From positions 8,060,001 to 8,124,000 of the forward strand of contig OZ076410.1 in assembly GCA_964187785.1 (NCBI GenBank): a stretch of 64,000 bases of DNA. Reading direction: 5' to 3'. How positions within the stretch are numbered: the first letter of the stretch is position 1; each line of letters begins with the position of its first letter. The notes below the pieces were generated by a model. It made no database searches, was not told the DNA's origin, and saw only the letters and a list, made by a program, of their open reading frames with translations. A program made the position numbers and the translations under genes. The DNA is from Amphiscolops sp. MND2022 (taxonomy: Eukaryota). Below, piece after piece: positions 1-10,783 of this stretch.

Positions 1-1140
1 TTTCTTTCGGTAAGTCTGCCATCATGGGGTTTACGATTACGGCGTCACGTTTTCGACAAGGAATACATTGGTAGCGGATGGTTCGGAGGATGGAGCGGAT
101 CTTCAGAATGATGTACTTATGGCCCACTTGGGCTCTTACGTAGTCAAAGCCCAGGTGATGGTACATTTGATGCAGGTGTATCAGCATTAACTTGACGAAA
201 GGATGTTTGCCATCAAGTATTACGGGGTGTTTGGTGTCGTATCCAACGTCTGAAAGACGCCGCAGTCGGCTCTGTGAGCGTAACAAATTATCAGGCCCAA
301 CGAAAGGGGAATATGATAGAAGACGGAGTTTGCCGGACTTTTGTCCTTTGGCGGCAAGAAGATCGTTAGAAAAAGACTCTACTTGCGACAAGTAAAGTAG
401 TTTCTTTTCGGCATTCTCCAACTCGCTCGGGTCCTCAATTTTGCCATTTATGGAACGAAAATGGCGGTAACGAGGCGAAAGCCGAAGAAGGAAAGCGACA
501 ATTCGTATTAGCTTGCGATAAGAACTATAGTTACTCCAAACTATGACGGGGGAGTTAGGCGGCGACGCTGCTGCCAGCGAGTTGGACTGTAATTCGTCAG
601 TTGCACACGTTTCCGTTGGTTTAATATTGTAAATGGCAGATGGTTCTGGTTCAAACGGCCAGTCGGATGTTCTAAGGAAATTAGGCCCTTTAACCCAGCA
701 ACAACTTGGAAGATCTGCTGCAGCGAGTCCGCGCGTTCCAGCATCTGCAGGGTTATTAGCATTAGGAACGTGAAACCATTGGTCGATTGTTGTGGTTTCC
801 AGAAATTCCGCTACGCGGTTCGCAACAAAAACAGGCTGTTTGTCTGCCGAAGCAAGCCATTGAAGCACTGTGCTGCTATCAGTCCACATGAAAGACTGTG
901 GCACATCAAAAGTTAATGCACCGAGGATTTTCTGACGTAAGTGTGCAGCGAGGAGTGCAGCTTGCAACTCGAGTTTAGGAATTGTTATTGGTTTCATAGG
1001 CGCAACACGTGCTTTGCCTACTACGAATGACAAATGCGCAATATTTGAGCCTTGACACTTAGCTCGAAGGAAGCCTACAGCGCAGAATATGTCCTTGGAG
1101 CAGTCACCGAACATATGCAGTTCAATTTCTTCGACTGGCG
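1..1140 (-). pseudogene. pol: Bel/Pao pol C-terminal part: RNase H to integrase HHCC, open to window edge (absent from ORF track because it has no stop)
   Basis: Manual translation: EIELHMFGDCSKDIFCAVGFLR..VVGKARVAPMKPITIPKLELQAALL..MWTDSSTVLQW..FVANRVAE..WFHVPNANNPADAGTRG..HLHQMYHHLG..CIPCRKRDAVIVNPMMADLPKE, with no stop. Confidence 0.9.
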
Positions 1141-2850
1141 CGAGGGATTGTTAAGTCTTGAAGCAACGGTAGTCCGGAACACCAATCATCAAATCGGCGA
1201 GAGAGGTCTCCGGGCAGTGGATCGTCCCACTGTTGCCCTTTGAGTTTCCAAATACCTTTCAAGAGCACGCGAGCAACGACGGTAAAGGTGCGACAATTCC
1301 CAGCGGATCGAAAACGGCAGAGACCGTCCTCAACACAGTGCGTTGTGTGTTGGGTCGATTTTCCTTCAACTTAACGCCTCGGCTCATATTCAAAGTGTCA
1401 GCTTTGTGATCCCATTTGAGACCTAAAACATGCGACGTGATCGTTGGGTGTTGGACTATTTCTTTAACTTGTGGGACAGGAACGGACGGTTCAAGTGTTT
1501 CAGATAAATCGTTTACGTTACTAATGAACTTTGTTGACTTGAAGCCCCCTAGTTTGAGCATTTCAATTAGCTCTTGACTCAGTTTCAAAGCAGTTTCAGG
1601 ACACTCAACAGAGTCGAGGTAGTCGTCCATATAGAACTTCTGTTGGACGGCTTTTGCGGCAAGAGGATAGGTGGCTTCATTGTCTCTAGCTGTTTGTTGA
1701 AGCGCAAAGTTAGCGCACGTCGGCGAGTCTCTCGCTCCAAAAATGTGTCTCGTGTACTGGAGTGTCTCCACATTCTGTGTGGGGTCCTCCCGCCACAAAA
1801 AACGCAAGCATGTTTGATCTGGAGGAGGTACACCGACCTGAAGGAACATTCCTTCAATATCTGCTGAAACTGCATACTGATACTGTCGGAAGCGAAGGAG
1901 GACGTTTAACAGGTCTTGTAGGAGATCAGGGCCTGTTAACAGGCAACTATTCAGCGACTTGCCATGGAACTTTGACGCCCCGTTTAGTACCCGTCGAACT
2001 TTCCCCGGCTTGTTCGGGTTTACCACGGGGTGATGTGGCAAATACCAATCTCGTGAGGAACGGCATTCGGGGTTAAACTCACCAACGGGGATCACATAAC
2101 CCTTTTGAAGATCATCGTGGACAGTTTTGATATAATTTGATTTGAGTTCTGGGTCTTTTTCCAGTCTCCGTTCAAGTGATTTCAGCTGGACCAGTGAAGC
2201 GTAGTATTTGTTAGGCAGCGTTACGTTGTCTGTCGCCCACAGCATGCCGACTGAGCATCGCTCTCCATCGTGCACGGTGGTTGTCTCGAGGATTTTGTTG
2301 GCACGCTTGTCCGCAGCAGAGCGAGGATCGGCTTGAACGCAGGAACCATAAGATTCCAGGTCATACCACGATTTCACCTGTTCCGCCAATGAGAGGTCTT
2401 CTACAGTAGCCTTAAAACACGTGGAGACAAACGAAGCGGACGTTCGCTCAGGTGTGGCACCACATAGAGCCCACCCTAACGGCAGCTGAACAGCCCACGG
2501 GTCATTCATGGGGTCACCCTTGAAGGCATTAATTGGGTGAATAGCGTAATACGCGTCTTGACCAATGATGAGCTGAATATCGGAGTAATTATAAACGATG
2601 GGAGGGATGGGAGCGAGATGCGGATGTTGCTTTTGTAGTTCCGGTATGTCAATGAGCTCCTTTCCGAGTGTCAAAGACTTCGTGAATGGTTTAAGGTCAA
2701 ATGAAAAGGGAGGATCGGCATACAGGGACGAAACTACAACTTCAACACGTTCGGTTATGACTTCTTGATTGGATAAAATGCCACTGAGGGCAACCTTAGA
2801 GGGAGAGCCGGTGAGAGACAATGATTTGGCTAGCCTGTCAGATACCCAAG
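1141..2850 (-). pseudogene. pol: Bel/Pao protease-reverse transcriptase region
   Basis: ORF 1259-2821 has WYLPHHPVVNPNKPGKVRRV, ADIEGMFLQV, FGARDSPTCA, YMDDYLDS, VLGLKWD, VFDPLG. After a 1-nt deletion near 1285 it continues as VLLKGIWKLKGQQWDDPLP. Confidence 0.92.
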
Positions 2851-5351
2851 ATAAACGCTCCCAGTATCACACAAAGCTAAGACTTCCGCAGATCCACAAC
2901 GACTGGAGACTTTCACCAAAACGACAGGTATAAGACCCCTTGTGTCGATATCCGTTGCGGCATAACTACAGGTAGACTTACTACCGCTCGAGACAGTAGC
3001 GCTAGCTGTTTTATTCGACTTCGGTGAAGAAGACTTTTTCTGACGCAATGGAAAGATGCGACTTGCGCCGTGCAACAAAGTATTATGCTGCCGTGGATTT
3101 TGACAGTCTGGAGATGTACATTGTATGTCCTTGTCGCATTCACTGGCTCTATGTACACCATTCACGCATCGAAAGCAGAAATTGTTATCAGCGGCAAGTT
3201 TCGCGCGCTGCGTAGGTGTTTTCGTCTTAAATTCATCACACTTCCACAATGGGTGTTTGCTTTTGCAACACGGGCAGGGCAAAAATTTACTTTCCGGGTT
3301 GGTCCGTCGCGCATGCCTGGGAGTAGTGGACAAAGTGGACCCGGTAGCTGCTGCTGTGGCGGAAAAGGACTTACTGTTACTTTTGACTTTGCTTTCTTCG
3401 GCCTTTGGCTTGCTTGTTCCTGAGACGTTCATTCGCTCATGGGCTTCTGCTTTTCGTTTGAGCCAATCGTTAAAGTCGATAAGCGTAGGTCGCAGCATGT
3501 CTTTCACTACTGTGTGCATGGACCATTGCTCGCGAAGATTTGGTGGTAGTTTGTAAACAGCTTGGTTCAACATAGCAGCTCCTCTCAAGTCATTCTCGTA
3601 GTTCAGTGAACGGAAAACACCTATAATACTTGCAATGAAATTCGCGAAATCAATTATTTGTTCGGAGCTATGTATTTTGACAGGGGTGTAACTAGCTAAC
3701 TTATCAAAATAGGCACCCACGACTACTTGTGGCTGGCCAAATTTGCGTTCTAACGATTTCAGACTATCTCTATAGAACCGTCCAGAGTACGCAACGTCAG
3801 CGATGGCTAATTTGGCTTTACCAGTCACAAGAGTTTTCAGATAGGTGAGTTTCTCGTCGTCCGTCAAGTTAGCTGAGTCGATCGCACTCTTGAATTGACC
3901 CGACCACTCATGCCATGACAACGTGTCTCGGTCATACTTGGAAAGTGTCCACTCCGGGAGGGGGCCCTTGCGGTTCGATTTCAAGGCTTCGACTAAGTTT
4001 TGCATTGTGACTCCGGGCTGAGCGACGTTAATTGTTGAGGCAGCGAAAGGAGTAAGGTGACCTGTTGGCGCGGATATTGGCCCAGTATTCGGTAAGACGA
4101 GCGTTTGTGTGGGAAAGGGCGAGCTCCCATAATGAACAAAACCATGTGCACGCGGCGGAATTACTGCAGTTGTTGACACGACGTTCGTGTTTGTACAAGC
4201 AGTAAAGATCGGAGCAGGCTGCGTAGTTGTAAGAGACGATGACGTCGTAGTGGCTGCATGGTTATTCACCCAAAGAGACATTTTCGGAACGTACGAATTA
4301 GTCAGAAGCGAGGACTGTCCATTAAAAATAGGACGTTGTTGCGAATGCGAAGTGGAGATGACAGTCGAACCAAAGACGTTGGGTCGCAGTTCTGCCACGG
4401 CTTCGGAGTTAAAGTTCAAGTGTTGCTGAAGTGATGGCACAATGGTGTTGTCAATAACATTAGATTGGTCAGTCGCCGCGTTGTCTGCAAACTGATTCAG
4501 GTTATCTTCAATGTGAGTAGTAGATTTCACATTGTCGAGGCTATAGCTGGTAGCCTGGTCTAAGCCACGGCTCGCTGGGGAAACGACATCAGTTGGGAGA
4601 GGAACGCCCATCTCCCGTTCGGTCTGATTCACGATCGAGTGCCCCAATCCGCAGTTAGATTACCAGTGCCACCATCCTCATCGTTGACACCCAAAGGCGC
4701 CAAGTTTACATTTGCAACACTTGAATCATCTGCTAACTCCATTTCGTCTATTTTTAGCGCATTCAATTTGCGGCGTTTTTCTTCAGCAATTTCTTTTAGT
4801 CTTAGGTCGAAGCGGTCCTTTTCAAGTTGCATCGCAGCTGCAGTTAGTCGTTCGGCTTCTTGAGCTCGTAACTTAGTAGCCTCTAGGGCGCGTCGTTGTT
4901 GGCTAAAAGTCATGGAAGCAGCTCGTGAAGAAGGTTGTGAACTTTTATGCGAGCGTGAGCCAATGCTTTTATGGGATGGAACAGATTCCGCATCTTCCGT
5001 GGCCTTATCGCTAGTGCCGTCCAAATATTCCCGAGCCATTGTCGTGGTTTTGTCGTGACAAGCCTTTGCATTTTGGAGCCATTGGTCTAGGTCTTCGATA
5101 GTTTTCAGAGGATCATTAGTGCTTGGGGCAAGGTCTCTCAGTTGGTTGTTAGTAGTAATAGCCTTTTGCAACTTCTCTTCGGCGCGTCCTAAAAGGCTTT
5201 CGACCTTCGTTTTCCGTTTGGTATCAGAGGTGAGCACAAATTCGAGGTCTTCATATGTATTTCTGAGCTCATTCTCAAATCTATTACGGGATTTGAACAG
5301 CCTGGAGGCTGTTTCAAGCAATGATTCCGGTTTAGAACTACACGCTTCCAT
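2830..5351 (-). pseudogene. gag: Bel/Pao gag, split by a frameshift near 4643
   Basis: ATG at 5351 (MEACSSKPE..), coiled-coil N-terminus, S/T-rich linker, capsid-like DUF1759-type segment (DDEKLTYLKTLVTGKAK..LERKFGQP), Cys-His knuckles, then the protease start. Confidence 0.85.
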
Positions 5352-5397
5352 TTTTTGCTTCAAAAAAAGTCGAAAAAAAGAGCAAAAAACGAGGACT

Positions 5398-5557
5398 CTC
5401 AACTCAGTAGGCCACGACGGTCTTAAGCGGTCTATTGTCCGTTGAGTAGAGAGAACCTAGCCAAAACGAAACTGTGCGGGGCGGAGGTAATGATTCTCAA
5501 GTCCCAACTCGGTAGGCCACGACCGTCTTAGGCGGTCTAGTGTCCAATGAGTTGGGG
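5398..5557 (-). repeat. Two imperfect ~55-nt direct repeats, each a long hairpin, in the leader just 5' of gag
   Basis: 5398-5452 and 5502-5557 align. Copy 2 has cccaactc/gagttggg and gaccg/cggtc arms; copy 1 has variant ctc-actca/tgagt-gag arms. Confidence 0.75.
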
Positions 5558-5648
5558 CAAAAATCAACCAAGAGATAGAAAGGCGCTAGAAAAACAAAAA
5601 AACGGGCTGGATCGATAATTCGCTCTTATCAAAAAGGTGAGTTATTTT

Positions 5649-6248
5649 CTACAAGACTTTGGATTTCAGTCTCGCTCTTCTCTCCTTTGAAAGGCGTTTG
5701 GTTTTTGCTCTGAACCGGAGAAGACTTTTAAGGTTATTTTGATGGCGAAGGATTGTTTCAAAAAGACGTTTTTCGCAACGTACACTAGGATGTACTTGCC
5801 CCAAATCGGACTGGACAGAACTATTTTGCCTTTTGAGGCGGGATATTAGGTGTCTGCGAACGTCCAAAATCAAAATTTTACTTTGGAAGAGTTTTCGAAC
5901 GATGTTTATCCTTTCACTAGTGCGTTGCAGGTATAAAATTGCCGCAATGCGGTCTTTAAACTCAGCAAGTATGGGCAAAAGATCCTCGGCCGAACAGGGT
6001 TGGAAATTGTTGGTTGAATGTGCAGAGACAGTGTTGCTAATGACCCCGTGCCAAATCACAATGTCCCGCCTACCTCGCAGGGGACCTTGCCTAAGCAAAT
6101 TTTGTAAGATTTTCAAACAGTTGTTTGCTTTAGGATTAAAACTCAAGCCACCCACGGCGAAGATCTTTGGCCCGTACCGGCGTTTTTCTGCATAGGAAAA
6201 TTTTCGAAACAATCCAGCGAGTCCGCTTGCGCCTATGATGTACACCAT
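5649..6248 (-). CDS. Intact 199-aa SGNH/GDSL-hydrolase-like ORF with basic C-terminal tail
   Basis: Blocks in SGNH order: YIIGAS (I), VGGLS (II), DIVIWHGVISN (III), LGQVHPS (V); tail RAKTKRLSKERRARLKSK. Fold assignment is by motif order only. Confidence 0.6.
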   Translation of the reverse strand: MVYIIGASGLAGLFRKFSYAEKRRYGPKIFAVGGLSFNPKANNCLKILQNLLRQGPLRGRRDIVIWHGVISNTVSAHSTNNFQPCSAEDLLPILAEFKDRIAAILYLQRTSERINIVRKLFQSKILILDVRRHLISRLKRQNSSVQSDLGQVHPSVRCEKRLFETILRHQNNLKSLLRFRAKTKRLSKERRARLKSKVL

Positions 6249-6565
6249 CGACTAATCAAAATCAGTATCAAATCAAGGTCTGGTTACACTTTTGCGTCTG
6301 GTATTGTGACTATGATTCGAAAAGATCAAAAGTGCTCAAGGATCTGACGCAAGTGTCAGAGAAAAGTAAACAAAGGGAGGGGAAGGCGCCGATGCCTCAG
6401 AGATTCAAGAAAAACATTATATTTTTTTTCTGTTTAGTTTTTTTTGTCAAGTGTTTTACTCACGACCCCTCGAACGGGGTTGCCTTCTTCGTTACAGCAC
6501 GGGTGACAGCCCAGCGACTCCACACTCCGACCACTCGACAGGCCCAGAAACAGCGGGTTCTAGGA

Positions 6566-6680
6566 ATATTCCCTCGATTGGAGGATGGATATTCCCTCGA
6601 TTGGAGGATGGATATTCCCTCGATTGGAGGATGGATATTCCCTCGATTGGAGAATGGATATTCCCTCGATTGGAGGATGG
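6566..6680. repeat. Minisatellite, 5 x 23 bp (ATATTCCCTCGATTGGAGGATGG)
   Basis: Five head-to-tail copies, one with a single substitution; no spacers. Confidence 0.97.
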
Positions 6681-6705
6681 ATAATTTGGGAGAGCTTTTG
6701 GTAAA

Positions 6706-6720
6706 CCGGGTCGCGGCACA
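6706..6720 (-). promoter_or_regulatory. Possible primer-binding site (tRNA-His-like) of the Bel/Pao element
   Basis: Minus strand TGTGCCGCGACCCGG resembles TGGTGCCGTGACTCGG (complement of a tRNA-His 3' end) with one G missing; no clean LTR CA end adjacent. Confidence 0.4.
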
Positions 6721-7639
6721 AGAATTTTACTGACGACAGTAAAAAGGAGTAAAAACTCGAAGAGTTAATTTGAAGCTGTAATGATGTCAAAAGAAATAGC
6801 GATCGTTTTCATGTATGTATTTACTGCACATGATGCTTACAATTTCCGTATGAAAGGTTTTTTAGTGCTTTATTATTGAATACAGTCTGAACCAGACGCG
6901 AAAATACCAGCCTGTTATGTAAGAGGTCAAACGTTGTTGTCAATCATATTAGTTTTAGGGGTTTCATGCTCTAAAAGAACTGTCAATCATTAGTTGTCAC
7001 TTGCTTATGTTGTTTGTCAACAACACTAGTGTTTTTCACACTTTTTTCGAAGAAGCTATTTATTCAACATGTTCTACTCTCATTTTTTGTGCTTTGAGCA
7101 GGCCCGACGTTCCTGTCTTTTTTAGTTTCTAAAATTCAGTAAGTTTTACTGTCAAACGATTGAGGCCGTACTTTATGCTACTTCGTCAATGTTAAGGGGA
7201 ATAGTTCATTCCACGACAATTAAATGCGAAGCGATGACCTTGCTTAAAAATTTGGGCCTTACTAGAAATGTGCTGAGACTCATGGTGCATGTTGATTGCA
7301 TGCATGGTTGGATTAGGTTTTATTTTCATAGAAAATCATTTATGTCGAGTACTAATATTGGTCAAGTTTTTTATTTATTCCATACCATCAGGGGTATTAG
7401 CCCTTATTCTGGGAACGGAATTAAGAAAAGGCCCATTCGCAACGAGAATCTTACGAACAACGCCTAGCCCCAACCCCATACCATCCCCCACAAAGCACTT
7501 GGTATAACCCCCATGGCTTTGAAATAGGCCCCAAGTAGTCTTCATTGTTCACCTTGAAAATCACTACAGATCTAAGGTCTCCCAAATCGCCAATTTTCAA
7601 TTTCTTGGTTTTCTTTACCGGACCGAACACTTCAGTAGA

Positions 7640-8085
7640 GTGTATTAGTTTCTGCCCCCCACAAATTAATTTGTTATTTTCCGCCCCCACAAATTAGTTT
7701 GTGTATGGGAGAGGAAAATCATAATCTGTGTTGCGTTTTTTCTCCAAATTTTGCCAAATCTCCGGTTTTTACTCCACTTTTATTTGATATCCTGGATCTT
7801 CTTTTTGTCTTGGGACTATAGTAAAACGCAATTTATTTAGTATATAACGTTAAAAGTTCGGATGAAGCGTGCTGGGACAAAAAGCAGATCTTTTGTCCCA
7901 AGACAAAAAGAAGATCCAGGATATCAAATAAAAGGAGCAAGCGGAAGTTTAAAAATATTGCGTTATATCCGAATTTTGGCGTTATATGCGAACTATATTA
8001 CGTTTACTAAGGAGGAGGTAAATTTTTGATTAAGCGTCTATTGTTATCCAACTGACGGTGCATAGCGGGCGTCTTGTTTAATTTG
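7640..8085 (+). repeat. Dispersed repeat family 3 copy (5' CCCCCACAAA hairpin, tail AGCGGGCGTCTTGTT)
   Basis: Head matches 18760-18850 and 22345-22430; tail matches 18980-18992 and 22645-22662. Confidence 0.65.
7778..7933. repeat. Perfect 39-bp inverted repeat (foldback/MITE-like insert)
   Basis: 7778-7816 is the exact reverse complement of 7895-7933; an extra internal hairpin TGGGACAAAA/TTTTGTCCCA is present. Confidence 0.9.
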
Positions 8086-9489
8086 TCCTCTGAATGAAAT
8101 CTTGACTTTCACTGTGTTCTTTCGGCTTTTTAATATTGAAAAATTTTACCTTTCGCATAAAAATGAGCTTCTAAGTAGATAAGTTGGAGGTAAAACAAGA
8201 GGAATATAAATAAAACTTTCTGATAATTTATAACTAACAAATTATCCAAAATAACTATAACACACTCAGAGAGTTAAGATTTTTGCTTTCATGAACAAGG
8301 AAATCTACAATTGACCGAACACTTTTAAATTCAAAAAATGAAAAAAGTTGAGTTTTGTTAGAAATTTAGTCGACTAATGTTCATGTAACGGTACTTCTCG
8401 AAAATTTCGCTTAGAATTCCCACAAAATTTTTGGAGACCTTTTCAATTTGTCAAGAGGACATGTTTTCATAATTTGAGGCATTAAAGTAAAATTAAGAAA
8501 TGGAATTTGATTATACGGAGAGCTGTATTTAATTAGAATTGGAGCCAGCGTTGCAAGCCAGACATCAAACAGCGGTAAAATTGGCATTCAAGGAGCCAAA
8601 AATGCAAATGCTTGCCAAAAATGTAAGGAAGATGGCATGGTTTGTTGAAAAACCAGTTTGTAAAATTCTTTGGCAGTTATGAGGACGTTAGTTATAAGCA
8701 CTTGACGCTTGGATGTGAAAATATCAGCCATGAATATTTTACATGCGAAAAGAAAAACTAACGAAAACTGTAACAAAAGTAACAGAATTCTAAGCTTTTT
8801 TTAATTCGCTGTGAAAAGAGTTTCCATTCGAGAAATGAAGCTTTTTATAAGTCGGCAGAATTATGAGTGAAAACGCATTCAAAATATTTGAATGTTGTTA
8901 AATGTAGCCAATCGCCAATTGAATAAACAAAAAAACAAAAATGAGAATAGAAAAATTCTAAAGTCACAACTGTTGAAAATTCATAAACGAAGCTGGTTAC
9001 GATTCTGTGGAAAAGAAACAGGGAACAAGGAATGACGTTTTTTAGTTTGATTGACATTTCCATTTTCACATAGACAATAAAATTCATCTTAGGGTAACAG
9101 TTTGCAAATGAATCAGCTGAAAAAATCCTGCTCATTGAAGGCTAGTAATTCAAAGCAATCCGTTCGTCTATAACACTAAACATATTGCGTAATCAATGGG
9201 TTATGAAACCGCTGTGAAAATCTCCAAAGGATGCTGAATTTCCCAACAATTGACTGAAGCTCCGCTTTTCATAGCCTTGAAGTCGCTTTTTAAAAGAAAA
9301 TGTTCATTTTCAAGACGAGAGTCAACATGCAATAAACCAATTGTCAATGGCAAAAAAATTGAAAGGTTAATCGAAGACAAATTAAGCAAATTCAATAAAA
9401 AAAACATATAACTGCCAAACACTCCGAGAAAGCAAGATCCTGAAGTAAAAATTAGACATTTGTGTTTGAAAAACCAACCCGTACTGAGA

Positions 9490-9960
9490 TCCCATGGACT
9501 CCCATGCATGGCCATGCATGGTCCACCTATGGGCCATCCATGGGTAAAGTTTGGATCCAAAAATACTTTCCCATGGACGGCCCATCGATGGGCCATTGAT
9601 GGTCCATCGATGGGGGAGAAAAACTGACATGTCTGAAAAATTCGAATTGATGACGATCGTACTTCACTTTTTCAGATATATGGGTGTTCCGTTTTGGGAA
9701 TGTCATCTGCATCGAAGGTTCAATAATTTTTTTGTAACAAATTTTCAAGTTAGGATTTCAAGATGCTACTGTTTGTTATGGATTGTATTTGGGAATCCGT
9801 CAGTCGAGTTCTGATACATTTCTTACATTCTAAGCATTCTCTTGAGCTTATACTGTCATGTAAATTATTTATTTCCAATCTTTTTTCATAGAAGTCCCTT
9901 AGAAAGGTGTTTTTTATACCCTGGCAAAAAGGTCGGCGGCCCATCGATGGACCATCGAGG
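9490..9960. repeat. Segment with clustered 10-bp palindromes CCATCGATGG / CCATGCATGG, probably TE subterminal motifs
   Basis: Palindromes at 9502, 9512, 9582, 9604, 9941; termini not resolved. Confidence 0.5.
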
Positions 9961-10536
9961 AATAATATTTGCTGACATAACTTATTCTGTCACTAGGTAC
10001 AGGTCACTAAGCAACAGCTTTAAAACGTATAAAATTGATGAGTTCATCGGTCTTAAAAAGTGTTGAAAAGTTACTATTATATTCTGATCTTTCTTCGAAA
10101 GCTTCGACTAATAAACGAGGTCCCATACATATCGTCATATACATCCCATATACGGCACCGTAGGAAGTAGAATACAGACGCTGAAAAATTTTAAACGACT
10201 AACATTGAAGTCGGAATAACCTGACCGAAAATTGTAAGTAATACAATTCACCGTTCACTCAGGAACGAACCGAATCTAATTTGAAATACACTATGAATGA
10301 TCAGAGCCGCATATGCGGTAAAGGAGTCGGCTTAGGTCTTTTTCCTTCTGACTCGCTCGAATCCCAGTCATACGAATTTATTGAAGTTGCACACATAGGT
10401 ACATATTATGGTGTAGAATGACTGTAGAAAATTTCGTTCGAATGGTATGGACAGTTTTTGAGAAAGTCGAAAAAAGTCGAAAATGGCTGTTTTTTGGCCA
10501 TTTTTGGGCTAATTTTGGCTGTTTTTAATATTCCAG

Positions 10537-10755
10537 TGAGACACAAGCATCGACATGTGTCAATCCAACAAGTGTCTACGATAAACCTTGGCGAACGATG
10601 TGACACAAAACTACCTGCCAATGATCTTATGTTCTGAAGTCATGTACTTACAAGATAGATACACAGATGATGATAAAGTACAGTTGCTTGATACAGTTTA
10701 TGTTACTTTGAATCATTCCCTTTTAATTCACTCTTTGAACTTTTCCTGACTTACA
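10537..10755 (+). repeat. 5' LTR (219 bp)
   Basis: Differs from the 3' LTR at 2 positions. Confidence 0.98.
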
Positions 10756-10769
10756 TGGCGCAGTCAGCA
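10756..10769 (+). promoter_or_regulatory. Primer-binding site, tRNA-Ser-type
   Basis: TGGCGCAGTCAGCA immediately after the LTR; complementary to a tRNA end ..GACTGCGCCA. Confidence 0.75.
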
Positions 10770-10783
10770 ATCTGATCAAAACA

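Larger units (their letters stand above)
1..6720 (-). mobile_element. Bel/Pao LTR retrotransposon, decayed, 3' part beyond window start
   Basis: Minus-strand order gag (DUF1759-like LERKFGQP; CxxC knuckles CPCCKSKHPLWKC, CFRC..HRASEC, C..HNTLLH), protease (ALCDTGS), RT (YLPHHPV, YMDDYLDS), Pao peptidase (VFDPLG), RNase H (ELHMFGDCS, KARVAP, IPKLELQAA), integrase zinc finger. Breaks near 4643, 2851, 1285, 1140. 5' LTR not delimited. Confidence 0.93.

Noticed and set aside
5649-6248. env gene
   Set aside because: Upstream of gag, with no signal peptide, furin site or transmembrane segment.
6566-6680. CRISPR array
   Set aside because: Head-to-tail 23-bp units with no unique spacers, eukaryotic context, no cas genes.
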